This document shows, piece by piece, positions 22,831 to 37,149 of a DNA stretch of 64,000 bases. The notes under the pieces are model-generated. The model had not been told where the DNA came from and made no database searches. It saw only the letters and a list, made by a program, of their open reading frames with translations. Source of the stretch: Octopus vulgaris (taxonomy: Eukaryota); contig OX597815.1 of assembly GCA_951406725.2 (NCBI GenBank), positions 187,674,001 through 187,738,000 on the forward strand, given 5' to 3'. A program made the translations under genes and the position numbers. Each line of letters starts with the position of its first letter. Position 1 is the first letter of the stretch.

Positions 22831-25800
22831 ATATACCCACTCTATTGACATCTTTTCCCAGATTTATAGTCTCTAAGATGACTCATGAGCAGATATATAT
22901 ATATATAGATAGATATATATATATATGTGTGTGTGTGTATATGTATATATTTGTACATATACTTTTTATTAAAGCTGAAAAAATCTTCACAAACTGCTAC
23001 TCAGAGTTTCATGTTACCTTTCATCTGACAGCTGTGATCATACTAAAACACACACTCATACACACACATGAACATACACATGTGTGTATAGCATTAATAT
23101 ATGTTATACATATACAAATGTGAGTACATATGTGTTGTTTACATTTAGATTGTAATTTAGAAGTATTGAGACTTATGCATACACATATGTATTTTAGTGT
23201 ACATTAGTTTATATATATATATATATATATATAGATGTACATATGTCAGTGGATACATACACACATGATTGCATATTTGTTCACGGTCATTTTTCTTTTT
23301 AGTTAATAGTTGAAGTTACAAACTATAATTTTCTATTACTGGATATGTTTGATATTTCTATTCTGTCTATTATTAGAGGTGTATTTTTCTTGTTTTTTGT
23401 TTTGCAATATCTTATTCCCATGTCTTGTTTTAATTAATAAATTCATGAAATATTTTTTTCTTATTATTACTAAAAGAATTTTTTTTTTTTAATTCCAGCT
23501 TCAGTAAACATTTTCACACTTGTGAGTAAAGATATTTAATAATAGAACTACTTACAATGCTGAGTCAAGTCCCAGCTTGTTTTGCCCTGCTCTAATAGAA
23601 ACTGCTCTTGATAAATATTATTTATTATAGAGAGAGAGAGAGCATTAGATCTGGCTACATAATAACTCACACAACCTTTTCATAATAATATAGCTAAGTA
23701 GTTCTCATTTCTTTGATTGTATTATATATTTAATTAGCATTGTATGGATTTATCTACAGATACCAATGTAGACTACTTAAGCGCAATAGCAGAACTCTTC
23801 ATTTTTATTTTCTTCTTTTCATTTTTATCTGTTAGTGTTAACCTTGTTTGGATGCTCTGACTGGATTAATGTCTTTTTAATGATTCTATTGTCACTGGTA
23901 ACAAAGGTTTATTTCTTTCTACATTGTAATAGTAAAATTGTATTTTTTTTTTCCTTCAGTCGTAATTAAAACCGAGATAATGAAATTTATGAGGAAGTTA
24001 TTATTTATAGTCTTCAGAGTCTTGTTGCTGATTGTAAATGTAAGATTGTTGTAAATATGTGTTTTCTTTTTCCTATCAACACCATTTAGTTTTGTTATCA
24101 GGATACTCGGTTTTAGATTTGCTTTTTAAGGCTGCTTTACACAGTGTATTTTTTTTTCTCTTCCTGATTTGTTATATCTCGTTTGGTTTCAATCCAAGAA
24201 ATACTTTGATAATGTACAGAATAAGAGTATTTCTTGTCACTGGAATTTTGATAAAACTGAGATAAATCTAAAAAGAAACTACAAGTTACAGAAATGATAA
24301 ACTCACATATATAAATCTTTTTGTTAGGTAATTTTATTTTTCTCTATATAACTTAGGGAGGAAATGTGTTCCAAAGTTTTCAAAAATTCAGAAAACATTG
24401 CTGAGAACAATATATATGAAAACTGAGATTTAATATGAGATAAATTACAGTTCTGTTGGTTTAACCCATTAGTATTCACAGTTGACGTGTGTTGATGCAT
24501 TTATCTAAAAAATGCCGAAATATTGAAAAGTAAGAAAAACATGACTTCATGTAAGATTGGTGGGGGTCTTTCCGGCTGCCAGATATAATATGTCGGCTTG
24601 GTTATCGTCATTCCAGTTTTGCTGGCTAGAATATTGAAGTGTTAAGATACTTTTTACCGAAGCTGACAGCACTGAAGAGCAGGAATAAATCTGTAAGTAC
24701 TCCTCTTTTGAGCTTCAACGGCTTAAAATATTGACACTTAACTTTCCCTTTGATGAGTCAACTATTAATGTTGAGGAGTGCCTACTTAAGGCACATCATA
24801 TCATTACCAGAATGGCTAATAGCTTATGTCCATTAGTAGCTTGCACAGAAAAGTCAAAGTTCTGCTGGTATACAAACACCTAACTCACAGTTCTCTGAAG
24901 TCTTGCATCTTATCCACTTGTTTACAGCACTTCTATATTACTGTATAGGCTATGATGATAATTATTGATGAATAAACAAAAGAGAGGTTTGATTATTAAT
25001 GTTTGAGATCATACAATATAATCTAAACCCAATGAAGTGAATGACTTTTCTTTTTACACGATTAAATTACTTATCATAGAAATTACCTTTATTTCTTCTG
25101 CTGAGTTAATTATGTTAAGGTTGCCGAATATCTCCTGTAAGCTCTCTGAGAGTACATACAATGTTTGAAAGTAATTATAACTTTTGTCACATATGATGTA
25201 ATCTATTTCATTACATATGATGCAATCTATTGTGTGTGCAAATACATTTATTAGTCTTGCTCTGCTCTTGCTGTGAAGATTGTTCTCAGTTAAGCCTAAT
25301 TTAATGAAATGATGTGATCAGGAAGTTAGCCTATCATGATTTCATTTGTCCTCAAGCCCAATATGTCCATCATGTGCTCTCTGTTTTCACATTCATAATA
25401 GACTCTCTTCAGATCTACCATACTCACCTGGTAAATCTATTATGTGTCAGTAAATATAATTCAAAAGAGACTCAAAATCATGATTGTTAATTCCTGATCA
25501 TGTGGTCATATCAACTTGGGTTTTAACCCCAAACAATATTCACAGCATGACTTGAAAGTATGTTTACATAGACATAATAGATTAAGTCATGTAATAGGTT
25601 AGAAAAAGTATGATTAATCTAGTTGCATTTTTTTTCTTTTTCTTTCTTTCTTTTTTTTTTTTTTTGAAGTCCTTACCTCTTTTTATACAAAACATGTTAT
25701 GTATAAGACATTTACTTGTAATTATTGAATGAGCTCATAACAAGACTTGGGAGGAGTTTAAAACCTATTAAAAATCATTCTTGTCTGCTTATTTGTCATA

Positions 25801-26101
25801 TGGTCTCACTACCTTTGAAATTAAATCAAAATCTTCACAGCGACGATATATTTCTGTACACATATAAGATTTAATATAAGGAATACCAAATTTATCTGCA
25901 TGTCAAACATAAGCAGAATTTAGAAAATTACTATTTGTAAATCTCACATCGAGAGATATACAGCAACAGTACTTTGGAGTAAAGATTATTTGCCAACATA
26001 ACATGACAGTCCTGGTTTAGGACAAATGTTGCTGGGATTAAATTACATCAACATTCATCCTAAACAAGGGCGAATAATATTTATTCCATAAACTGAACTG
26101 T

Positions 26102-26312
26102 TTAACCCTTTAGCATTTAAACTGACCATATCCGGCCCAAATATTCTATTGGTTTTATGTTCAAACTGGCCAGATCCAGCATCTCACACCTACCTGGCAA
26201 TATCATTCTAAAAATAAACAGTCACATCTTTTGGAATTTTCAGAATTAATTTTTTAAATGTGAATAAATAAGCATTGCATTTGGCAGAAGAATCTGAATG
26301 GAAAAGGGTTAA
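26102..26312 (+). mobile_element. piggyBac-type MITE
   Basis: TTAA-CCCTTT...AAAGGG-TTAA ends; copies at 33495-33706, 49307-49512 and 59923-60151. Confidence 0.88.
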
Positions 26313-27898
26313 GTCTTCGAAATAAATAAATAAATAATGCCTCCTGATATTTAATGCCAACCTTTTATGTCTTGAGTTCAAATCTCACTGAGTGCAACTT
26401 TACTTTTCATCATTCTGGGGTCACAGGGGGATGGTGATAAAAAAGAGTTCTGATGTAATTGTGCTTATGTTAGAAACCAATATTCAACTAATTTATATTT
26501 TAAAGCATTTACTATTATTATTCCTTACACTTTATTGAAGAATAGTTCTTTGGATTCATTTGTATGGCTTTACTTGCAAAACTAATTCTCTTCTGTCTTT
26601 TGTTTGGCTATTTTTCTCTGAGTTCCACCAGATGATTTACCGTTTCTATTTGACCTCTGAAAGCTATAATGGTATGTCATTGAAAGTATTATTATTGTAG
26701 CCAGCAGAAGCAGAACCTTTCAAGTCCCCACTAAAACGTCTATTCTACAGATATGTCTGAACAGATGCCAACGAATCTTTGCAAGATTAATGTTTAATTG
26801 TCCACATCCACACCTTTTGTGGAATTGCATGTTGCCATTTTTATTTCGCCATCAAGTAGGAATCATAACTGTTTATGGAGAAAGGAATCCAGCTTTTCTA
26901 TTTTACTCTTATTACTTTTATCCACCTATAAAGAATCACCATTCACTGGAACACATTATGAAGACACATGGAAAGTATTTCTCCCCCTGTTGAGATATCT
27001 GTCTCATAAAGACCACAATAATTTTAATGCAGACATTACCAGAATTATTTCATGTATAACATTCTAAACATCACAAAAGAAAAACAGTCTCCATTTGATT
27101 TGTGAGAGTAGCAGTTAAGATATCTGCAGTATTTACATTCTGAGTTCAAATCCTGCCAAGATCAATTTAGTCTTTAATGAAATAAAATTCCAGCTGAGCA
27201 TTGAGATTAATCATTCATATAATACAACCTTGATGTAAATTGAATTATAAAAGCAGATCTTATTTTGTATCTCTCTTGATGATTGTAAAATTAGTCTTTT
27301 CAATGTTTATAAAGAGAAATTATTTTGTAAGTGTCTTGGAAATGTTCTATCAAATTTTTTAGGAATTTCTGCAGCCATCAAGATGAAATGTAGATTCCTA
27401 GTGTATAGAATTCAAGCAAAGTTAAAGTGCTGGACTACTTACCACTGTAATTTTGTTTATACTCTTACTAAATATGGTTTGTTTTAAATGAATAAAAGCA
27501 TAGTTCTGCTCTTACTTTATTATTGAACGTTTTGCTGAAGGAATGGTATTCAAGTGTAAATACATTTGTTTCAATAAAAGAATCTTGAAAACATGATAAT
27601 ATTAACACAAACCAATAAAGATGTAGGTGGTGTTAACCTTGCTTATCTCAGATGTACTAGTCTACCTCCAAGACATGAATAATGTCAGTAAATGAGAATT
27701 GTTTCGTGATAGATCAATCCTCCGTTATTGTTATTACCAAACTGGCATGGGTTGGATGAGACACCTTCAGGTAGTATTCTATGGCTAGATGCCTCTCCTA
27801 TGCCAACTCTTGTTTTTCAAATAAGGCATTTTTATTTCAGTGGACTTCACGCATTGTAACAACCAAGCTACAGATGATGTTTACATATGACGATGTAT

Positions 27899-28131
27899 TA
27901 CCTATTTCTTTACTACCCACAAGGAGCTAAACACAGAGAGGACAAACAAGGACAGACAAATGGATTAAGTCGATTATATCGACCCCAGTGCATAACTGGT
28001 ACTTATTTAATCGACCCTGAAAGGATGAAAGGCAAAGTCGACCTCAGCGGAATTTGAACTCAGAACGTAGCAGTAGACGAAATACCGCTAAGCATTTCGC
28101 CCGGCGTGCTAATGATTCTGCCAGCTCGCCT
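27899..28131 (-). mobile_element. SINE family B (tail B1), full copy with TSD
   Basis: 13-bp TSD TATGACGATGTAT at 27886 and 28132. Confidence 0.93.
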
Positions 28132-28229
28132 TATGACGATGTATACCATTGTGTAAATAGTGCAATGCAAAGACTAAAAATAAGCATTGATGCACACACA
28201 ACACACACTAGCAGTTAGAACAACAAAGT

Positions 28230-28525
28230 TTCAAACTGATCCGATCAACTGAACAGCCTACTTGTGGGATTAACATGCAAGTGGCTGAGAACTCCACAGA
28301 CAGTTGTACCCTGAAAGTAGTTCTCAGGGAGACTCAGTGTCGTACACAATGTAACAAGGTTGGCCCTTTGAAATATGGGTACGACTCACATTTGCCAGCT
28401 GAATGGACTAGAGAAACTTGAAGTAAAATGTCTTGCTCAAGGTCACAATGTATCACTGGATATTGAACTCATGATCTTACAATTGTGAGCCAAATACCCT
28501 AACCACTTAGTCATGCACCTTCACC
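28230..28525 (-). mobile_element. Diverged SINE D-related copy
   Basis: GATCCGATCAACTGAACAGCCT..CAAGTGGCTGAG..GGCCCTTTGAAATA matches 15787-15925. Confidence 0.75.
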
Positions 28526-29106
28526 ACCCCCTCTACACACATGCAAACACATTATTATATGACAGTTTTCATGCATCAGTTACACTCATACAACATTGGT
28601 CAGTTTGAGACTACAGTAGTAGACATGTGTATCCCACCGCATAGCAGTGGAATGGAACCTAAAGTCATATAGTTATTACATCGATCCCAAAATGTAACTG
28701 GTACTTATTTAATTGATCTCGAAAGGATGAAAGACAAAGTCGACCTCAGCGGAATTTGAACTCAGAATGTAGCAGCAGACGAAATACCGCTACGTGTTTT
28801 GTCTGGTGTGCTAACGATTCTACTAGCTCACTGCCTTTAAACACTTCTTAATAATGGTATCACATAGTTATGATGTGAACATCCCTACTCATGTTTGTAC
28901 CTATCATCATCGTCGTCATCATCATCATCATTTTAGTATCTGCTTTCCTTGCTGGTATGGGTTGGATTATTTGACAGGAGCTGGTAAGCTGGAGTGCTGC
29001 ACCGGGATCTACTTGTCTGTTTTGGCATGGTTTCTATGGCTAGATACCCTTCCTAATGCCAACCACTTCACAGAGTGTACAGGGTGCATTTTATGCGATA
29101 CCAGCA

Positions 29107-29522
29107 TACTCTTTACTCTTTTACTTGTTTCAGTCATTTGACTGTGGCCATGCTGGAGCACCGCCTTTGGTCGAGCAACTCAACTCCGGGACTTATTCTT
29201 TTTGTAAGCCCAGTACTTATTCTATCGGTTTCTTTTTGCCGAACTACTAAGTGACGGGGACGTAAACACACCAGTATCGGTTGTCAAGCAATGCTAGGGG
29301 AACAAACACAGACACACAAACATATGCACACACATACATATATATATATACATATATATGACAGGCTTCTTTCAGTTTCCGTCTACCAAATCCACTCACA
29401 AGGCATTGGTCGGCCCGGGGCTATAGCAGAAGACACTTGCCCAAGATGCCACGCAGTGGGACTGGACCCGGAACCATGTGGTTGGTTAGCAAGCTACTTA
29501 CCACACAGCCACTCCTGCGCCT
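29107..29522 (-). mobile_element. SINE family A nested in a SINE C
   Basis: Full reverse-complement copy. Confidence 0.92.
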
Positions 29523-30309
29523 ACATGGGTGCTTTTTATGTGGCGCAGCATGGAGCTTTTCACATGGTGCCCTCTTGGGTACTTTTTATGCAACATCAGC
29601 ATATCTAATATTATCACTTTACATATCTATGTAGTTGCAGATTTGTGGAGGAAGCAAGCTATCAGAAGCATCTGTCTCTGATGTATGATAGCTACCAGTC
29701 TTCAAAAAGGTTTACTGAACTATTGTCGTAGTAATTCAATTGACTACATTCCTCGCTTTGATATAAGGGTCTCTCTTTTACATTATTTTCAAAATTTCAT
29801 TTGTCTGCATCATTGTGAGAAGTTTCAGTTATTTCAAGTAGTTGTTTGGGTGGTTGGTTGGTTGGTTGGTTGTTACTGTTGAGTTGCTTCACTTAACTCT
29901 ACCTTCACAGATCAATGGCATGGAAGTAGCTGATTAAATAAGTTGATTGATTGGCACTTCTAGTTATTTCTGGATGTAGTTATTCAATCTTTAGAGTGAT
30001 ATATATTCTCTCCTAATATTTTCAGACTTAAAAATATGGTTCCCATTTTGAAGATGGGAAGTTTGTTGAAGAAGAACTGGTTACCTGTATTGAGCAGATT
30101 TTAATACCATAGTTGGTTGGACAAGATGACATTTCTCACTTGCAAATACTTTTGTTATATCCTGCATTCTTCCAAACCATTCTTCCAAATCCTGCATTCT
30201 TAACCATTTTTTCTGTATGGCTCTCTTCGATTCCTATTTTCTTGGCTTGATCCTCCAAACCCTTCGATGTTTATCAAATAATACCATATATTTGTGGCTA
30301 GTGACAATA

Positions 30310-30725
30310 CTGGCTGATTGGCACCTGTGCCAGTGGCACGTGAAAAGTACCACTCAAGTGTGGTTGATGCCAGTGCCGCCTGACTGGCCCCACGCTGGTA
30401 GTATGTAAAAAGCACCATTCAAGCGTGATTGTTGCCAGTGCCGCCTGACTGGCTCCTGTGCTGGTGGCATGTAAAAAGCACCATTCATGCTTGGTCACTG
30501 CCTGTGCTACCTGACTGACTCCTGTACTGGTGGCATGTAAAAGGCACCCACTACACTCTGGGAGTGGTTGGTGTTAGGAAGGGCATCCAGCTGTAGAAAC
30601 CATGTCAGATCAGATTGGAGTCTGGTGCAGCCTTCTGGTTCACCAGTCCTCAGTCAAACTGTCCAACCCATGCCAGCATGGAAAGCAGATGTTAAATGAT
30701 AACAATGATGATGATGGTGATGATT
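30310..30725 (+). mobile_element. SINE family C with ~4 internal tandem ~65-bp units
   Basis: Repeated GCCAGTGCCGCCTGACTGGCTCC..GGTGGCATGTAAAAAGCACCA, then the standard C tail. Confidence 0.9.
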
Positions 30726-30759
30726 ATCCTTGCAACTCATTGATTTCATTAGATATTAT

Positions 30760-31540
30760 TCTTGTTTCTGTCATTTGACCGTGGCCATGCTGGAGCGCTG
30801 CCTTTTAGTGGAACAAATCGACTCCAGGACTTATTCTTTGTAAGCCTAGTACTTATTCTATCGGCTTCTTTTGCCGAACCACTAAGTTATGGAGACGTAA
30901 ACACATGAACATCGGTTGTCAAGTAATGTGGGTGGGGGGGACAAACACAGACATGCAAATACATACATACATGTATATAGTTGAAATTTACAGAAAAACA
31001 AAAAGATGAAGACAGGTGTATAAACAAGAAACAGGTGTATTAGTTTAACACTCTTCAACAGAAAGGAACACAAGAAAATAAACAGAGAATAAAAAATCTT
31101 TTGAAGCTAGCAGTATATATGTATATATATATATACACACATGATAGGCTTCTTTCAGTTTCCGTCTACCACATCCACTCAAAGGCATTGATCGGCCCGA
31201 GGCTATAGTAAAAAACATTTGCTCAAGGTGTTACACAGTGGGACTGAACCCGGAACCATGTGGTTGGGAAGCAAGCTTCTTATTTCCTTATTGCCTACAA
31301 GGGGCTAAACATAGAGAGGACAAACAAGGACAGACAAAAGAATTAAGTCGATTACATTGACTCCAGTGTGTAACTGGTACTTAATTTATCGACCCCAATA
31401 GGATGAAATGCAAAGTTGACCATGGCAGAATTTGAACTCAGAACGTAACGGTAGACGAAATGCTGCTAAGCATTTCGCCCAGTGTGCTAATGTTTCTGCC
31501 AGCTCACCGCCTTCTTACCACACAGCCACTCCTGCACCTA
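30760..31540 (-). mobile_element. SINE A with a nested SINE B (31282-31512) and a TA-embedded element (30980-31112)
   Basis: Family A sequence resumes after each insert (CTTCTTA repeated around the SINE B). Confidence 0.85.
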
Positions 31541-32316
31541 TATAAGTAGTAATATTTTTCATAGCATTGCTAATTAGAACAGAGAAATGAATGCTATTAG
31601 CTAAAGGTGTAATCCAGTCAGTCCTGAATATTGTGTGCTGCATAAAGCAGCTTGGTGTGTTGTGTAGGAAATAAAATTATTAAAAAAAATATATTTGAAA
31701 AATTCCGACTGAAATTCAAGGTTTCATTTATTGAATAAATAAATAAATATATATTTAATAATTTCCTGTAGTTTAAATTATATTTATAGCCTAAATTATG
31801 TAAATACCATTTTTCAAGATATTTTCTCCATTTTTTTTTTTTTTTAGATTTTATTCAGAAAGTGAACTAAAATATTTTTATTTGCTTTAAAATCAGTTGT
31901 CAGTTAAAAGAAAAAGGAATAAACAAAACAAAAAAAAAAAAGCAAAAATGTGAACCAGTGAAATCGGTAATAGTTATGTTATGTTTTTTCACAGAAGAAT
32001 GAGTTTTGTGACATTCAAACTTATATTTATGTAAGTTTTCAATGCAAAGCCAGTCGTGGTGTTAATGTTTCAAATATTTGTTAGTGATTTAACTTCTTGT
32101 GGAATTTTTTTTTATTGGCATTTCTGACGCTGTGATGATAGTAGTTTTGTAAATATCATTGAACAACAATTATTTATTCAGCAACTTTTTTTCCTCCCTA
32201 ATAGATGCCAGAATGTATCTTTATAAAAATGATCTACAACTTGTAGATACTTCAAACTTCTACTGACTTTATCATATCTTTCTCTCTTCTAGTTTATTTA
32301 GAGATACACCACATAT

Positions 32317-32486
32317 GTAGGAGTGGCTCTGTGGTAAGTAGCTTGCTTGCCAACCACATGGTTCTGGGTTCAGTCCCACTGCATGGCACCTTGGGCAAGT
32401 GTCTTCTACTATAGCCTTGGGCCGACCAAAGCCTTGTGAGTGGACTTGGTAGATGGAAATTGAAAGAAGCCCATCGTATATATATA

Positions 32487-32518
<32 letters not shown>

Positions 32519-32757
32519 GTTAAGTTAATATGTATATATATGTATGCGTGTGTGTTTGTGTGTCTATGTTTGTCCCCCAACATCGCTTGATAACCGATGC
32601 TGGTGTGTTTACGTCCCCGTAACTTAGCGGTTCAGCAAAAGAGACCAATAGTATAAGTACTAGGCTTACAAAGAATAAGTACTGGGGTCGATTTGCTCGA
32701 CTAAAGGCAGTGCTCCAGCATGGCCACAGTCAAATGACTGAAACAAATAAAAGAGTA
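32317..32757 (+). mobile_element. SINE family A
   Basis: Full consensus match. Confidence 0.93.
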
Positions 32758-33747
32758 TACACACACACTGTTTTACACTCCACCTCCATCTGCTCCACCT
32801 TTTCCTCTGTCTATGTATTTGTCAGAGAGTCTGTCTGATTCTCTCCCCCCCTCCGCCTCTATCCCTCTCTCTCTCTTCTTCCATGTGATTACCTGTCAAG
32901 AGAATATAGATAGAAATTCCAGTCACAAATGAATTTCTATGTCTTAATCTACTTGAAATAACATCCTCGGGATATTAACAACCCCATTGTCTTCATTCAA
33001 ATGTATATAGTGTACCAACCTGTTTATTGCATTCATTCTATGAATTTATTATATAAATAAATTTTTCAATAGGCTTCACTTTTAGAATAGCCTTCATCAT
33101 AGAATTCAAATTTACTTTTGTTCCTAAAGTAAATAGTTGTATCAAGTTTTGTGAGTTTTATGAATGACTATGAAAATTATTGTGGAATTATGGTAATTTC
33201 AACCGTCATATCTCCCGAACCTTTAGCCTGTTTGGATGATTTGCAATGCTTCTAATATAATTTACCATAGAGTTAAAGTAGGTGAATGAAAAAGATGTTT
33301 GACTCTCAAATAATAAGTTGTGACTTCTTGCGCTAAATTGAATCTTTAGGCTAAACTTGAACTTGTATTTCTCCCATTGTTGTGAAAATGAATGTATATA
33401 TTTTTGCCAAATCAATGAGAGAGTTTTTGTATAATTGTTTAGCCTGCTAAAAGAAGCAGACAAAATTTCCCTCAAAATCATTCAGTAAGCCATCAGCCTT
33501 TAGTATTCAGATTTCCATGTCAGATGCAATGCTTTTTTATTCACATTGATGCCTTAGCTTATATCTTTGAGAATTCAATGTCACGATTGTTTGTTGTTAG
33601 AATATTATTGTAAGGTAGGTGTGAGAGGCTGGATCTAGCCAGTTTGAAAATAAAACAGGTAGAGTATTTTGGCTGGATATGGTTGGTTTAAATGATAAAG
33701 GGTTAAAGAGAAAGAATATATTGGATCATTTAGTTGTGAATAAAATA

Positions 33748-34834
33748 TTGGGTTGTCCGGAAAGTTCGTGCCGATTTATAGTAGCTTACCTTTCAACTTA
33801 TGGACGTCTCAACTGAGAGAGGATCCTGCTTGAAAATAAACGATGTTCAGATTTTGATATCATTAAATATTAAATATTAAAATACTGGCAGTTAATTAGT
33901 GAAAGTTATAGTATTGGTGTTTGGAGATGGAAGGAGTTGCTGAAACATGAAATGACTTAAAAGTGATATCAGATCTATAAAGGGGCAATGTGCTTGATAG
34001 GAGTGCAAAGATATCATTGACACAGGAAGATCAAATATAACCAGTGAAAAGAAATTAAATTCTAGCTGTCTTTCCAGGATGTAATCCACCAGAAGAGAAT
34101 TTATGTAAAATAAATGTAATTCTTTTCCTAAATAAATTGCACTTCATATTCAAGGCACTGATGGAGCTCAGGCACACAACCATGAGTCCATTGCATATTA
34201 TAGCAGAAACAGCTGTAAGCTAATGGAGTTCATAAGATGATTGTTTATTTATTTGTCATCTCATTTTCTGATATGTGTGTGTGTATATATATATGTTGGG
34301 TTGTCCGGAAAGTTCATGCCGATTTATAGTAGCTTACTTTTGACTTATTTTAGAACATGGTTGAGTCCATAAAATAGGATTTGACTACACCTCAATTTAG
34401 AGCACAGTTTAAGCTATCTTTTTGTGTAAGAAGGTTTATGTTCATATAACCTGTGTTAATTCTGTAACACTTTAAAATGGAAGATAAGAAAGTTCATTTT
34501 TGGCACTTGATGCTTTGAGAACCAGACAAAAATTGCTGCAGCTCAGCTGGGATGTGTTACCCCACCCTCTATATTCACCAGATATTGCTTCTTCAGATTT
34601 CCACTTATTCAAGTCTTTGCAGAATAGTCTTAATCGTAAAAAGATACCTTGATGAATTCTTTGCCTTGAAACCACCTCAGTTCTGAGAAGAGGGTATTTT
34701 CAAGTTAAAGGAAAGATGGAGACGCATTGTGTAACAAAATGGTTCATATTTGGTTGATTAAAAATGTAATGGCAAGTATTTATTGACCTTTTTCTTTCCT
34801 TTAAAAATCAGCACAAACTTTCTGGACAACCCAA
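33748..34834 (+). mobile_element. Composite mariner element: 53-bp left-end stub + captured DNA + complete internally deleted mariner
   Basis: TTGGGTTGTCCGGAAAGTTC at 33748 and 34296; right TIR ...CTTTCTGGACAACCCAA ends at 34834; TA on both outer sides. Confidence 0.88.
34296..34834 (+). mobile_element. Internally deleted mariner transposon with transposase remnant
   Basis: Encodes SWDVLPHPLYSPDIASSDFHLFKSLQNSL (mariner YSPDLAPSD motif) and F*EEGIFKLKERWRRIV*QNGSY. Confidence 0.93.
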
Positions 34835-36036
34835 TATATCTGAGTAAAAGATGGCAGGGTCATGCTGAGGATGATCTGGGACAAAAATAAACAGCCTCCT
34901 ATGTAGCCTTCCATTTTGTTGAACTATCATAATTAATTAAGAGGGATTATTAAAACAATTGGTTGTGAAACACTTTACCTGAGTGTTTAGTGAAAAGTCT
35001 GGTCTAATATTTAGTTTAATTCTTGCTAAGGCCTTCTTTAGCGATAAATGGCCATTGATTTCTGCACCGAGAAAATTTCTCTCCAAAGAATAGTCTTAGA
35101 CAAAGTTGTTGTATTGAAGACAAACAATTGCTCAGGCATATAAGTCTTCTGTTTCCACACCACTGATGACATCCAAGGAAATGGCAAAGCTGATACAGCA
35201 TGGCACCAGCATTATCGCAGAAGTTGATGTCAGAATTCAGAAAACCAGAACAGATACTACTGCAAAGCATTCTGTCCATTGCGTAAATAATTCTGTCCAT
35301 ACACCCATTGGTTCGGTCTCTGTAAAAATCATCACTTATTATCCATTCAGGAGAGTAATGACTCTGAATAAAAACCGATACAGAGTAGAAGGGCACCCAG
35401 GCGCCCTCTTCATATAAGATGATCTTTCTTGTGTTGGCGACATGATTAATTGCAACCTTTATACACCATTAGACATTCACAGCACCAAAGCTGGTTGTTA
35501 TTCTTTTGTGCTAAATGATATGAGCTGTGATGACTTAGCCCACCCATGCCAGCATGGAAAAAATTATGGTGATGATAACAATGATGATGATGACGTGGTG
35601 GTGGTGATTATGATGATGATACTGCAGGCTTCCTCACAGTTTCCATCTAAATTCCATGTACAACAAATCAGTTGATTCAGGGCTAAGATGTGAGCAGAAA
35701 GATTGAACTCAGACCTGAGTAGTAATAAAGCAAACTTCTTACCCATTCAGCCATTATGTATTTTGTATGTCCTCTAACAGAGTACCCAAGTACTTATCAA
35801 CTTTGCAGTGTCATAAATTATTAAAACAAACTAAGTTTCTGTTCCATGAAAAGAGATGCATTTGGTCATTTCAGACAGGGTCTGTTTTTAAAAGAAAATT
35901 CTTTGGAAACAAACCAGGAGTATACGATATCATCACCATCATCATCATCACTATCATCATCATCATCATCATCACTACCATCATCATCACTACTTTAATA
36001 TCTAACCCTATGCTCACATCAACGCTGGATTAACCA

Positions 36037-36245
36037 TTAACCCTTTCATTACTGTATTTATTTTGAGATGCTCTGTGTTTCTTTCAATTAATTTTAAATG
36101 TAACAAAGAAGTTAGTAAAATACCTTAGTTATCATTAAGCTAGTGTTAGGAACATTAATTGTGACTAATTCAAAACTTATGAAAACAAGACATTTGTACT
36201 ACAGAGCCAGAACCTGTTTCAGCTGGGTCGATAACGAAAGGATTA
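36037..36245 (-). mobile_element. piggyBac-type MITE, family 2
   Basis: TTAACCCTTTCATTACTG...; reverse homolog of 49040-49268. Confidence 0.85.
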
Positions 36246-37149
36246 GGCAAAATAAGCTTGTGCTTAGGGCATCAAAGGAAAAAAAGCACCACAGAAATAG
36301 TAAATGGTTTACAGCTCCAAAGGAATCACTTTAAACTTGCTAAAATAATAATCAAAGTGGTTTGTATGATAGTAAATATAATTTTGTAGAATTGATGGTG
36401 TCATGGTGAGGATTTGATCAAAGACTTTGCAATTAAAAAAAGTAGGATATAACTTTTCAAATATAAATAATGTGGAAGTAAGCAAAAATAAACATTATTT
36501 CCCATTTTTCCCATTTATTTCCCAGTTTTGTTTCATTTTGAGAAATAAAAATTTATTTTATGGTTTATTATTGTTTACATTTTGAATTACATTAATATGG
36601 GGACACCAAAGTCTTTTGAGTGCTTAAGGCCTGCCTCCATGAATCTTAATCCTGCCCTGGCTCACATGAATCGGACTGAGTGCACTGTGGCAAGTCTTCT
36701 GCAAGCAGATGCTCTTCCAGTCACCAATCCTCCCCTGTTAAACAAGGTAATATTTCCCCATGTTTTGTCACTGAAGACATTGCTTGTCTGATGGTGATGT
36801 CCATATACAAATATTGAATGATGTCAAGACAAGTATATATAATATTCTTTTATTCTTTTACTTGTTTCAGTCATTTGACTGCAGCCATGCTGGAGCACTG
36901 CCTTTAAAAAATATGGAATGCTTCACCAATTTGCATGTCATTCTTGTGCAGGGGCCATACTCTTTACTCTCTTTTACTTGTTTCAGTCATTTGACTGCGG
37001 CCATGCTGGAGCACCGCCTTTAGTCGAGCAACTCGACCCCGGGACTTATTCTTTGTAAGCCCAGTACTTATTCTATCGGTCACTTTTAGTATGTGTATTG
37101 CCATATGAAAATTTATACAAGCAAATCAAATGGAAATTGTAGTTGTGGA

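Noticed and set aside
24672-24720. CTGAAGAGCAGGA...TCCT as a hammerhead
   Set aside because: GAAA and the cleavage helix are absent.
30027-30110. Exon candidate KYGSHFEDGKFVEEELVTC after TTTTCAG
   Set aside because: In-frame TAA immediately after the acceptor and no good donor.
30310-30550. CRISPR-like repeat/spacer pattern
   Set aside because: The spacers are homologous to each other, the array is inside a SINE, the context is eukaryotic and there are no cas genes.
33892-34089. Duplicated ORF MDYILERQLEFNFF... as a gene pair
   Set aside because: The identity reflects the inverted DNA duplication; no recognisable domain or splice structure.
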